NCBI GenBank assembly: GCA_038845975.1 | Contig: JAWBQF010000018.1 | Coordinates: 1 to 49,748, forward strand | Origin: Candidatus Methanomethylicia archaeon | Lineage (GTDB): Archaea; Thermoproteota; Methanomethylicia; CALHIW01 | DNA length: 49,748 bases | Direction: 5' to 3' | Shown here: positions 40,132 to 49,748 of the stretch, piece by piece | Position numbering within the stretch: the first letter of the stretch is position 1 | Layout: each line of letters begins with the position of its first letter | Translations under genes and position numbers: made by a program | Notes under the pieces: model-generated | Databases searched by the model: none | What the model was told of the DNA's origin: nothing | The model's input: only the letters and a program-made list of their open reading frames with translations

Positions 40132-41136
40132 TCACCCATATACAAGGCTGTAAAGCTTATTGAACTCCATTACTTGACTACTTTGAGCAAATAGTTCAGC
40201 TTCATCAATTTCTTTTTTAACCTCATCTTCAAGAACAGTTATTTCTCTAGAGCTTAATATATTAGCTTCAAGAAGTTTTTTCTTAAATAGGAGTATAGGG
40301 TCTCTTTCAATCCATTCGTTATACTCCTTCTTATCCCTGTATTCTGCCTTATCATATACTCCATGTCCTTTTAATCTATATGTTCTACATTCAAGAAATA
40401 TAGGCCCTAATCCTCTTCTAATTTTTGAAGATGCTTCAAGAGATGCTTTATAGACTGATAATACATCATTACCATCAACAACATAGCATGGCATATTATA
40501 CCCGTATGAAACCCTTTCAGCAATACTTCTTGCAGCTACTCCTATACTGGCCTTCATTGATATAGCGTATTGATTGTTTTCACATACGAAGAGTACTGGT
40601 ACTTTAAGATATGATGCCATATTAAGTCCTTCATGGAAAGCTCCAGTATTAACAGCTCCATCCCCGAAGAAGCATACAGCAATTCTTCCAGTATTTCTTA
40701 ATGCAAATCCAACACCTACAGCTATGGGGATATTACTTCCAACAATAGCTGAGGAATACAAGGCTCCAAGCTTAGGATACATACATACATGCATAGACCC
40801 ACCTAAACCCTTACATGTACCTGTAGCCTTCCCGAAAAGCTCAGCCATAACATATTTAGATGGGATACCCTTCGCAATAGCATGTCCATGCCCTCTATGA
40901 TTGCTTAAAACAACATCATCACGGCTAAGTGAACTACATATACCTACAGCTATAGCTTCCTGCCCAAAGTATAGATGTGCAGGACCAATAAGTAAACCTC
41001 TAACAAGAAATAACTCCTCAACTCTCTCCTCGAAAAATCTAATTCTAACCATGTCTTTAAGCATTCCTATAAGCTTACTCTTATCAAGATCTTTAAACTC
41101 ATTTAGACTAGTATTATGTATCTCAGTAATTGACAT
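40132..41136 (-). CDS. 2-oxoacid/acetoin dehydrogenase E1 alpha subunit
   Basis: GQEA, HRGHGH, GGSMH, TPP-binding GDGA...ENNQY, TYRLKGH. Confidence 0.95.
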   Translation of the reverse strand: MSITEIHNTSLNEFKDLDKSKLIGMLKDMVRIRFFEERVEELFLVRGLLIGPAHLYFGQEAIAVGICSSLSRDDVVLSNHRGHGHAIAKGIPSKYVMAELFGKATGTCKGLGGSMHVCMYPKLGALYSSAIVGSNIPIAVGVGFALRNTGRIAVCFFGDGAVNTGAFHEGLNMASYLKVPVLFVCENNQYAISMKASIGVAARSIAERVSYGYNMPCYVVDGNDVLSVYKASLEASSKIRRGLGPIFLECRTYRLKGHGVYDKAEYRDKKEYNEWIERDPILLFKKKLLEANILSSREITVLEDEVKKEIDEAELFAQSSQVMEFNKLYSLVYG

Positions 41137-41189
41137 AAAAGTTAGGATACAGAAAGAGTTATAAGCTTTACCTCATGAATCAAGAACTA

Positions 41190-41680
41190 TCTCCTAATAG
41201 AGTTCTACTAATGTTTCAAAATCTTCTAGATCCCATATCAGCCATTCCATTTTAGATTTTCCCTTCAATTCTTCTTCCTATAAATCCGTAATGTTTCCTC
41301 CAGTTCTTAAAATTGACAAGTTGAAATTTCCTTCTAAATCTTTTAAATTTTCTCAGCTTCTTTCTCACTCAGATCTTTCCACTTAGCCTCAATATTCTGA
41401 TGTAGATATTCAAAAAGGCATTCCAGTTCTGAAAAGGAATTCTTTCTGAGGAAATCATCGTCAAAGTAATTTGCAATCCTTTCAGAGAAACGCTTTAAAT
41501 TTCGAAACCTCCAGTCTCTCTAGCTAATAGGTAGATTCCTCCATATTTCTGAATTAGCTCTATAATGAGGGAAGTCTTACCTATTCTCCTTCCTCCATAG
41601 ATAATGATAAACTCAGCATTATTGCTTCTGAATTCCGGAAATCTAAGCTCCGCTTTTCGATTTATGAATTGTTTACTCAT
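41190..41680 (-). pseudogene. Internally deleted archaeal ATPase-DUF234 gene
   Basis: N-terminal FINRKAEL...IIYGGRRIGKTSLI joined within ~300 bp to C-terminal EAKWKDLSEKEAEKIL and WDLEDFE fragments, with frameshifts; 3' boundary approximate. Confidence 0.75.
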
Positions 41681-41879
41681 AAGTAATTTACTTCTAAGTA
41701 AATATTTCCATGTCTTCAAGCTTGTTCAAAATCAGTAAATATATAGTGTTCTAAATAAATAAGTTTAGCAAATGTATAATGTTAGAATATTAAGATTAAA
41801 ACTATAGCTTTAAAATGGATTACAAGATACTATAATATGTATAGGCAAAGTTTAAATTGTTTAATTTAATATTAGGTAT

Positions 41880-42275
41880 GTGAAGATTCAAGTAATAAAT
41901 CCTGAAAATGTTTTTAAACCTCTTAAACCTACATATTCAAACGTCGTTAAGGTTGAAGATATTAAAAGCTTGGTTTTCATATCTGGGCAAGTAGCATTTG
42001 ATAAGGAGGGAAATATTGTTGGGATTGGTGACCCGGAGGCTCAAACAAGACAGGCGTTAGAGAATCTAAAAGCATGTATTGAATCTGTTGGAGGTACAAT
42101 AGATAACATTGTAAAAGTAACTTTTTACCTGAAGGATATGAAACATTTTGAAGCTGTACATAGGGTAAGAGCTGAATACTTTAAAAAGAATCCTCCAGCA
42201 AGCACTTTAGTTCAAATTTCCCAACTCGTACATCCGGAACTTCTTGTAGAAGTTGAAGCAATAGCTGTAGTTTAG
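41880..42275 (+). CDS. RidA/YjgF family protein
   Basis: YS, FISGQVA, QTRQALENL, PPAST, LVEVEAIA. Confidence 0.93.
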   Translation: MKIQVINPENVFKPLKPTYSNVVKVEDIKSLVFISGQVAFDKEGNIVGIGDPEAQTRQALENLKACIESVGGTIDNIVKVTFYLKDMKHFEAVHRVRAEYFKKNPPASTLVQISQLVHPELLVEVEAIAVV

Positions 42276-42733
42276 TTATTGGTGACGCTAATCAATATTA
42301 TGGATGGTTAAGGCGGAATGAGTGGAAATAAACTTCATTTTATTTCCCTATTTGCGTTCTATATATTGTGACTTGCAGTGTTTAAACAAGGATATTAAGG
42401 AATTTCGGTAAGGCTATTACCGTAGCTGCTAGTTCCAGTATACCAAGTACTCATAGGTTAAGTAGACGAGTTGATTATGTATGAGGTAGAGGAAGCTTCA
42501 TATAGGATAATATTATTGCTCTAGCCATAGTGGCTATGATGGATAACAGCTACTATTTCATTGCCAAGCAGCATAAACAATCTAAAGTGATAGTAGATAT
42601 AATATCAATTATTAAGCCTAGAATGCTGGAATTAATAGAATCCTCCTAGAAATAGTAGAGCTATTTTCATATATGAATATGATGTGGATATACATATTAG
42701 AATTGATTCAGAAATAAAAGTTTAGTGTTAAGA

Positions 42734-44092
42734 CTATTCTTCAACTTCCTTATCTGCAATTTTTAATGCTTCATCTAATGCATCTATACCTTCATCTATT
42801 TGCTGCTCATTTATTATTAGTGGTGGTGCAATTATGAAGTGGCTTACTACACCGTATAGGTAAACTCCTCTCATCATTAATTCATTACTTATCTTATCAA
42901 CCATAAGCTGTTTCATGGATGCCTTATCCATTTTAGTATTGAACGGCTTCTTAGTTCTTCTATTCTTTACGATTTCAATAGCCCAGAATAATCCTAAGCC
43001 TCTAATATCACCTATGCATTTATGATTCTCCCATAGCTCGCTAAGTCTACTAGCAAGGTAACTACCAACTCTCTGAACATGTCCACTATCGATTAGCCTC
43101 CTATATTCTTCAATCGCTACTGGTAGTGGTGCTAATGTAATTGGATGTGCTGTATATGTGTGTCCATGTACAAATATGTTTTCCTCAAAGTATTCCGCAA
43201 TTCTACTATTTGTTGCTGTAATTCCTAGAGGCATGTATGCGCCAGTACATCCCTTAGCTGTAGTTAAAATATCAGGCTTAACACTCCAATGCTCTATAGC
43301 AAACATTTTACCTGTTCTACCCCATCCACACATAACTTCATCAGCTATTAGGAATACGTCATTTTCATCAGTTATCTCCCTTAATCTTGGAAGATATTCT
43401 TTAGGGGGGACAATAACACCATTAGTTCCAACTACAGGCTCAACAATTACTGCTGCTACATTTCCCTCATTTTTTATTATGTAGTCAACGTATTCAGCAC
43501 ATTGTATTCCACATTCGGGATGTTTAAGTTTGAATGGGCAACGGTAACAGTAAGCATCAGGCGCGTATACTACTCCAGGTATTGTACTTACATGTTCCGC
43601 AAACCATCTCCTCCAGTCTCCCGTTAAAGTGTTAGCAGCTGCTGTAGTGCCATGGTATGATGAGTATCTAGATATAATTTTATACTTACCCTTAGAGGCA
43701 TTATAGAGCCTCACAATTCTTACAGCTGTTTCATTAGCTTCTGATCCTGATGTGGAGTAGAAGATCTTCCTAAGGTTCTCCGGCATAACTTTAAGGAGAG
43801 ATTCTGTTGCTTTAGCACGTATCTCACATGCAAACATTGGGCTAATATACTGAAGCTTTTGGGTTTGCTCTATAATTGCGTTTATTAATGCCTTATTCTT
43901 ATGTCCGAGATTTGAACACATAAGCTGTGATGAAAAGTCAAGATATTGCTTACCTGTATCATCATATAGATATACTCCTTCAGCATCAGTAATATAGATA
44001 GGCTTCCTCCAAGCTTTCTGCGGTCTCCATAATCCATATGTATGTTCACAGATAAACTCAGCTAATTCCTTACTGGACAGGCAGATCACCAA
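42734..44092 (-). CDS. Class III PLP aminotransferase (omega-amino acid/taurine-type); real start possibly CTG 44080
   Basis: YLDFSSQL, SGSEANE, SYHG, IADEVMCGWGRTG, TTAKG, HGHTY. Confidence 0.92.
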   Translation of the reverse strand: MVICLSSKELAEFICEHTYGLWRPQKAWRKPIYITDAEGVYLYDDTGKQYLDFSSQLMCSNLGHKNKALINAIIEQTQKLQYISPMFACEIRAKATESLLKVMPENLRKIFYSTSGSEANETAVRIVRLYNASKGKYKIISRYSSYHGTTAAANTLTGDWRRWFAEHVSTIPGVVYAPDAYCYRCPFKLKHPECGIQCAEYVDYIIKNEGNVAAVIVEPVVGTNGVIVPPKEYLPRLREITDENDVFLIADEVMCGWGRTGKMFAIEHWSVKPDILTTAKGCTGAYMPLGITATNSRIAEYFEENIFVHGHTYTAHPITLAPLPVAIEEYRRLIDSGHVQRVGSYLASRLSELWENHKCIGDIRGLGLFWAIEIVKNRRTKKPFNTKMDKASMKQLMVDKISNELMMRGVYLYGVVSHFIIAPPLIINEQQIDEGIDALDEALKIADKEVEE

Positions 44093-44388
44093 ATATATTT
44101 CTCAACACCTACTAATTTATATTTCTAAAACTCATCTTATAGGTTGTTATAGTATAGCATGAATAATTTATGAATAGACTCCAACATTCAATTACTCTCT
44201 TACTATTTAGAATATCTCTGTTTAAACGAGGAGTATACTGACTCCACTATACTTCTCTTACTGAAAGATATCCTTGGTCTTCCATTACAGTAACTTAATA
44301 CTTAATTGAGAATTATTATATATCATGATGTTGCTTAGCATAATTTATGTGTTGATTTTGAATTGAAACAGTAAAGGTAGTTTAGACA

Positions 44389-44781
44389 TTATTTAGCATC
44401 TAGAACATGTTTCTCAGTAACAATACATGTAAATATTCCTTCTAGAACCTTTACATTATTAGCTTCAACTATAACATTTACAATGTATTTTCCATTTATC
44501 CTATCGATTACTTTAGCTCTAGCAATCATTAAATCACCAACCTTTACGGGAGCGGTAAACTTAACTTCTACCTTAGCTAAAACTACGTTAGGCTCATTAA
44601 CTACAATCATAGCGGTATAGTCTGCAAGTCCAAATGTAAATCCTCCATGTATTAATCCTCTTTCATCAACAGCCATTTTCCAATCAGCTTTAAGCTCTGC
44701 CTCAGCATAACTACCAGGAGAAATAGTTAGAGGCTTACCTACAAGAGTTGGAGATGCATACTTATGGGTTTTAATACTCAT
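44389..44781 (-). CDS. PaaI-type hotdog thioesterase
   Basis: IHGGFTFGLADY, VKFTAPVKVGD. Confidence 0.92.
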   Translation of the reverse strand: MSIKTHKYASPTLVGKPLTISPGSYAEAELKADWKMAVDERGLIHGGFTFGLADYTAMIVVNEPNVVLAKVEVKFTAPVKVGDLMIARAKVIDRINGKYIVNVIVEANNVKVLEGIFTCIVTEKHVLDAK

Positions 44782-45066
44782 AACAATAAATATTGTTAAC
44801 TCTTAAATACCTTCTTAAGCTTTTATACTTGATAAGTAGGGTTACTGTTCATCCTATATGGTGAAAGAGCTAGCTTGAACTATTAAGTAGCTTAAGCAAA
44901 ATAGTTATCTATTAAAGAAGTAGTTTGGAGAGGATTGCGGATTCGAATGTGTTCCATGTAGATATATTAGAGTTTACAGTTAATAATCATAAGAAGTCTA
45001 GCTTGAGGAGGAGAAGTAAGCTTCATGTCTAGAGTTTAAATATGAAAATTTTAATATTGCTATTTA

Positions 45067-46020
45067 CTAAATTGTTAAGTCGTATTCTGCTTTATGTTTT
45101 ATGTCGTTAGCTACTTTACGTTCGAATTTAATCCTTATATCATCTATTTCCGATTTAAATACTAGGTCTTCACTTTCAGGCTCTAAATGAAGACTACTAT
45201 CTTTACTTGTAGGGACCTTATATATTGGTATGGGTTTAGAGATATGCATTTCCTTTCTATTTTTATAGTATTTTAACCCTAATGCTAGTATTTTACCGAA
45301 TGGAGTTAGTTCAACTCTTTTTACTTTAGCTTGTGGAACCTCCTTAACAAGTCCCTTCCTCACTAGACTGTCAATAAGTCTACTATACTTATTTTTTACA
45401 GCTGCGTTTTCAGGGTTTTCATTACACCATTCAATAATGCTTCGAATAGAATCTGAAATACCTCCATGATTTAGGAGAAGGGAAATTATTTTCTCTTCAT
45501 CCTCTTTAGGGTTTTCAAGCCTATATCCTGGAAGAAATATTTCCTGGGGTTCTAGTCCATTAATGCTTCTAACTTTATTAAACCATTCCTCATATTCTGG
45601 CATACCAGGTTCAGGAATATACCATCCTCTCTCAGCAGGTGGGACAATATATAGTGTAACATCTGAAAACATTAATGCACATGTTACAGCTGCGCCGTAA
45701 GCTTCTTTTGTTGTTGATGTTGTATCAATTAAAACCTTTCTCTCCATATCTACTACTTCAAATCTAATAATTGAGTATAGAGTTGAGAAAACATCTGGAT
45801 AGCTTTGGGGATTGTAGCCTATAAGGATAGGTTTTGATCCTGCAAAGCTTAAAGCTCTTTCAAGATCTTTAGCGTTTCTTCTTGATGCATATCCATACTT
45901 ATCCTTTTTCCTATCATATAGAATGTATATGGTTTCAATAGGGTATCTTTTCCTCCAGCAGTTAACACCATCAAGTATTCTCTGATAGTCATGTCCAACC
46001 ATGCAAATTAATACAGCCAT
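45067..46020 (-). CDS. CARF-like (DUF6293/Csa3-type) domain plus winged-HTH transcriptional regulator
   Basis: Rossmann-like N-terminus ICMVGHDYQRI...IYILYD; VLIDTTSTTK matches the CARF D/N-x-S/T-x-x-x-K/R loop; C-terminal LVRKGLV...RVELTPFG wing; SD GGTGAT. Confidence 0.72.
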   Translation of the reverse strand: MAVLICMVGHDYQRILDGVNCWRKRYPIETIYILYDRKKDKYGYASRRNAKDLERALSFAGSKPILIGYNPQSYPDVFSTLYSIIRFEVVDMERKVLIDTTSTTKEAYGAAVTCALMFSDVTLYIVPPAERGWYIPEPGMPEYEEWFNKVRSINGLEPQEIFLPGYRLENPKEDEEKIISLLLNHGGISDSIRSIIEWCNENPENAAVKNKYSRLIDSLVRKGLVKEVPQAKVKRVELTPFGKILALGLKYYKNRKEMHISKPIPIYKVPTSKDSSLHLEPESEDLVFKSEIDDIRIKFERKVANDIKHKAEYDLTI

Positions 46021-46274
46021 TAAATCACCGTATCATCAAATCGTTACAGTATAATATAGGGAAGCTTAGTAATAAATTTTTGCTACTATTTATGTATTAA
46101 ATGTTACAGTTAAACATTTATATAGCTAGTCACTTATTGAACTGTTACTGTCCACTATAATTGCAATTGTCTACTCTAACACATTACCGTCATATGTTTT
46201 CTCTAATTTTCATGGATTTAAAATATCTACGATAATGTTAATATTAATGTTTAAACATCTATATTGGTGTCTGA

Positions 46275-47231
46275 ATGAGGGGGTTAACTGAAAGTATAGA
46301 TGTAATCGTAGATGAAATAGTAAATATTTTTAATATTGATAGTAGACATGGAGGTATACGTCCCATATTAAAGATTAAGGGGAAAACACTTTACGGCTTT
46401 GAAATTCATGATAGCTACTTCCATGATTTAACTCCAACCCCCCATGATAGAGGAGTTTTATGTGTTGATGCTTCTGTTAAAAAGATTTTTGATTTAGGTT
46501 CTCTTCAAATTATATGTATTAAGGTTGCATGGGGATTATGGCGTGGGAGAAATAAGGTTAATTCATCATCAAAAAGAGTTTTCAGCATCGTTAACGGTAA
46601 GGTTGAAGCATTATCTCTTTTAAGAAGTGTTGAAGCTGAAACTATTCTCTTAAACTCTACTCTACTTAGAAGTGGGGATATATGCATTCTAGATAGACCA
46701 TTAATGGCTATACCTACATTTAAGAAGAGCTCATTTGATGTTTTAGCAAGCCTTGAAAATAAGCTTTCAAATAGAGGAATTATACTTGTTGGATTATGTA
46801 AATCTACACAGCTTAAACTTGAAAATGGGGAAAGTATTGTTGGCTATTTAATGTTTAGAAGAAGAGAGAAACCGTGGCTTTACTATCCAGTCTTTGAAGA
46901 TACATATCCATGGATTCTCGGTAGAATTGTTATTGCATGCTTCAACAATGTTGAATATGCTTTCCGAGTTGATATTTCACCAAGTATTTCAAGCATTCAA
47001 GATATTAAGAAAATACTTAGCTATATAGCATATCTACAGGACTCAGCATATCCAGGCTATCCATATCCACCACTACACGTCCATAATGAAGCTAAAATAT
47101 CTGATAGTGAAATAGAGGTTTTAAGAGAAAGAATTGTTGAGCAACTAGAGGAAAAAGCGTTTCTTAAAAGATTCCTGGGAAGTGTTAGATCTGGAGAGTT
47201 TAGAGAGGATATTTTATGGGGGAATCGGTGA
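46275..47231 (+). CDS. nurA: NurA-like nuclease (RNase H fold)
   Basis: CVDAS, ILDRPL, VGLCKST, FRVD, GYPYP..HVHNEA. Confidence 0.82.
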   Translation: MRGLTESIDVIVDEIVNIFNIDSRHGGIRPILKIKGKTLYGFEIHDSYFHDLTPTPHDRGVLCVDASVKKIFDLGSLQIICIKVAWGLWRGRNKVNSSSKRVFSIVNGKVEALSLLRSVEAETILLNSTLLRSGDICILDRPLMAIPTFKKSSFDVLASLENKLSNRGIILVGLCKSTQLKLENGESIVGYLMFRRREKPWLYYPVFEDTYPWILGRIVIACFNNVEYAFRVDISPSISSIQDIKKILSYIAYLQDSAYPGYPYPPLHVHNEAKISDSEIEVLRERIVEQLEEKAFLKRFLGSVRSGEFREDILWGNR

Positions 47232-48823
47232 AGATAGGTACTGTTGTATGGGTTGAAGGTGTAAAGGTTAAATTTAGAATTAAGGATGGTGTAAAGATTG
47301 ATAGGGGGCAATTAGCAAAGGTTCAGCATGGAAGCTGTAGATTTATTTTAAGAGTTACTGATTTTAGACCTGAAAGCCTCCTAACACAAGCTGAAGTTGC
47401 TAGATTATCATTAAGAGGAGAAAACGGTGAAGAACTTAACATATATGATAAACCATTAAGATTCTACGATACAGCTATTGCAGTTATAGTTGCTCAAGTT
47501 GAAGATGGATTTAAAGCACATGGTCCAACATCGGTTCCCCCACTATTCTCAAATGTATACACTATTGGAGATGATGATTTAAAAATGCTGGATCTAGATA
47601 GTGGAGATATTGAGCTTGGCTACGTTAGACAGGGACATAGGGTTACAGGTCAACATGTAAAGATTAATGGATTTAAAACATTTCCACATCATATGCTTAT
47701 ATGCTCAAGAACTGGAGGGGGGAAAACAAACTTCAGTAAGGTTTTAGCATTAAATATTTTAAGCCAAAACACAGGGAAATACTCTCTCATCATCATCGAT
47801 ACTGAAGGAGAATACTTTGATGGAGGTGATAGTAGCCATCTAGGACTTGCTCATTCACCATACTCTGAAAACAGACTATTCTATATTACAAACAGTATTG
47901 AGCAGCTATCTAGGAGAAAATATCTCCTTAACGTTAACGGTACAGTTATTGAGAGAAACATTCTTACATGTCCATTAAGAATTTCATGGAATCAACTTCA
48001 CCCTGAAGACTTCATCCAAACAGGTTTCCTAACGCCTCCACAGGAAGCTTTACTATGGCTTCTATGGCGTAAAAGACATGAAGACTGGCTATACACACTC
48101 ATACGTGCAGACTCCAGTACAATATATGAAGATCTTAACAAGCAAGTTCAAAAAGTTACAATAAACACTACAAAGAGAAAAATTAGAAGTATGATAGGAG
48201 ATGAACAGATATTTATTCCAGATGAGAAATTCGATATGTTAAAGCATTTTATGGGTGCTGTTAAGGATGGATACGTTATACTTATTGATCTACCATCAGC
48301 ATCAGAACTACAGGAAAAACTATTAACAGTCACTATTACTAGAAGAGTTTTCTCAGCCTATGAGGGTTTGAAGAGAATTATGCCTGATGAATGGACAAAG
48401 CTTCCAACAATACTAATAATTGTAGAGGAAGCACATCGATACCTTTCAAAAACAGTTTTAAGAGATAGTGGAGAAAACATTTTCTCAACAATTAGTAAAA
48501 GAGGAAGAAAATATAGAATTGGATTATGCTGTATTACACAGATGCCAGGTGAACTTGATGAACCAATTATAAGACAACAACTTACAAAAATAATTCTCCC
48601 ACTACCAACAAAACCAGACTATAGTAAAGTTATACAGTACAGCCCATATCTTGACGGAGCATCCTCAGAGATTAAAACCCTAGATGAAGGAGAAGCCATA
48701 CTTGTATCACCACCATCAGGAATAAAGTTTGCAGTACCTGTAAAAATCCATTCATTCGAGGAACTTATACAGACACAGATCAAAAATGAACTTTTAAAAC
48801 CGAAGTTAATAATTAAAGAGTAA
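47216..48823 (+). CDS. herA: HerA-like ATPase/helicase (HAS barrel plus FtsK/HerA ATPase); start possibly GTG 47228
   Basis: HHMLICSRTGGGKTN Walker A, IIDTEGEY, IVEEAH Walker B, RGRKY, ITQMP; GTGA overlap with the nurA stop. Confidence 0.9.
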   Translation: MGESVKIGTVVWVEGVKVKFRIKDGVKIDRGQLAKVQHGSCRFILRVTDFRPESLLTQAEVARLSLRGENGEELNIYDKPLRFYDTAIAVIVAQVEDGFKAHGPTSVPPLFSNVYTIGDDDLKMLDLDSGDIELGYVRQGHRVTGQHVKINGFKTFPHHMLICSRTGGGKTNFSKVLALNILSQNTGKYSLIIIDTEGEYFDGGDSSHLGLAHSPYSENRLFYITNSIEQLSRRKYLLNVNGTVIERNILTCPLRISWNQLHPEDFIQTGFLTPPQEALLWLLWRKRHEDWLYTLIRADSSTIYEDLNKQVQKVTINTTKRKIRSMIGDEQIFIPDEKFDMLKHFMGAVKDGYVILIDLPSASELQEKLLTVTITRRVFSAYEGLKRIMPDEWTKLPTILIIVEEAHRYLSKTVLRDSGENIFSTISKRGRKYRIGLCCITQMPGELDEPIIRQQLTKIILPLPTKPDYSKVIQYSPYLDGASSEIKTLDEGEAILVSPPSGIKFAVPVKIHSFEELIQTQIKNELLKPKLIIKE

Positions 48824-49515
48824 TAATAGCATTTTAAATCTCTACTACGACTTGCCATTTATGCTATGTAGCTAAACTAATAAATTAGGATGCAATATCT
48901 AAAATTGAGAAAGTAATGAAGATTTGGGGCGGCTTCTAAGAGAATGATAAATACTATATTGGATGTAAACCATTAGAGCATAGTAAGGAGTAGCGTATAA
49001 CTAAATAAATACCATGCATTATTAATAACAAGTACATGTAGAAGATGGGTAAAGTGAAATCCTCATGGAAGATGCTGAAAGGAGTATGAACTTCTAAAGT
49101 TGGCATGACGTATTTCATGAAGATTTATTAAGAGAAGCTGGCTAAGTATTAGTTACTAAAGCTTAGGCTTTAAACTCTCCAAATTCTTAGATTATTCCAT
49201 CTATAGGCTGTGTTTCCTTAGTCTGTATTGATTTCTCCTCCAAAGATAGTTTAAACCATACCCTCCTCCTTAAAGCTAAAACCCTAAGATTAGAAAGCAA
49301 ACTACAATAAAGCATTACATGAATGGTTGAGTTTAGGAAAGAAGTATAGTAAGAAGAATTTATAAAGAATTAAGATATGGATTGATGTGTCTGGAAAGAT
49401 TGAGAGTAACGGATTATCAGATAATGAAATATTAAGATAACGTTAAACTATTATGTTTTAACCACTAAATGCTAGATTTATAAGGATATTGCTGATATTA
49501 TGGTAGTAGTAAGCT

Positions 49516-49748
49516 ATGAAACATAAAATAACTAGGATACGGATAACCTTCAGAACATATTATTACTCCCTTACTGGAAGAGTCTTTAATAGATGGGTAA
49601 TGAAAGAACAGATTGTAGAGACAGTAAGATTTTTAAGGAGAATTCTAGATGTTCAAGAAATAGAAATTGTATGTTTAGATAGGAGGAGAGGGGAAAAATC
49701 ATATTATGACGAAGAGAAGCTGCCAAGAAAAGTAATTCTAGGAGGAAT
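49516..49748 (+). CDS. Hypothetical protein, 3'-truncated by the window edge
   Basis: Manual translation MKHKITRIRITFRTYYYSLTGRVFNRW...KVILGG stays open for 77 codons to the window end. Confidence 0.5.
   Translation, partial: MKHKITRIRITFRTYYYSLTGRVFNRWVMKEQIVETVRFLRRILDVQEIEIVCLDRRRGEKSYYDEEKLPRKVILGG

Noticed and set aside
41878-41883. ATG-TGA start-stop element overlapping the RidA GTG start
   Set aside because: A 6-nt pattern easily arises by chance, and nothing supports a regulatory role
42280-42730. Possible ncRNA or pseudogene between RidA and the aminotransferase
   Set aside because: No GC-rich stems, tRNA motifs or recognisable protein fragments could be supported
46021-46274. CRISPR array or mini-array near the CARF-like gene
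   Set aside because: Repeats are only ~8 bp and degenerate, with a ~20-bp period; no 24-40-bp repeat-spacer structure was found anywhere in the window
1526-48858. Many short antisense ORFs in the track (e.g. 1526, 4127, 7263, 13738, 22458, 25542, 31236, 38669, 38818, 40574, 43158, 47057, 48619)
   Set aside because: Shadow frames of well-supported genes, with S/L/I/P-rich antisense composition

Overview
AT-rich archaeal chromosomal segment. The gene families (FBP aldolase/phosphatase, archaeal-type TpiA, PaREP1, archaeal ATPase, GGTGA-type SD sites, TATA boxes about 25-30 nt before many start codons) suggest a thermophilic TACK-type archaeon; this is inference. The first ~11 kb is an accessory, decaying zone holding PaREP1, a radical SAM-HhH protein, an IS6 relic, several MITE families, secreted proteins, a coiled-coil PD-(D/E)XK nuclease, an ATPase and pseudogenes. 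The remainder is mostly metabolic or housekeeping: alkA-like, tpiA, fbp, thrC-like, ino1, thiolase-like/DUF35, pyrE, a 2-oxoacid/acetoin dehydrogenase E1a/E1b/E2 cluster with a separate E3, and aminotransferases. It is interspersed with TA modules and IS6 remnants. Most notable: (1) a CARF-like/wHTH regulator divergent from a stand-alone nurA-herA pair, with a ~20-bp-phased motif array between them; (2) an 8-nt micro-inversion inside a perfect 17-bp hairpin that turns a signal peptide into TAA-TAA; (3) a PIN toxin gene sandwiched between two paralogous antitoxin-like genes sharing a perfect 55-bp repeat; (4) an apparent ATA start codon on a Pro-1 tautomerase; (5) several IS6-related MITE families down to 50 bp. 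No rRNA, tRNA or CRISPR array was seen. All family calls come from motif recognition by eye, not from database searches.
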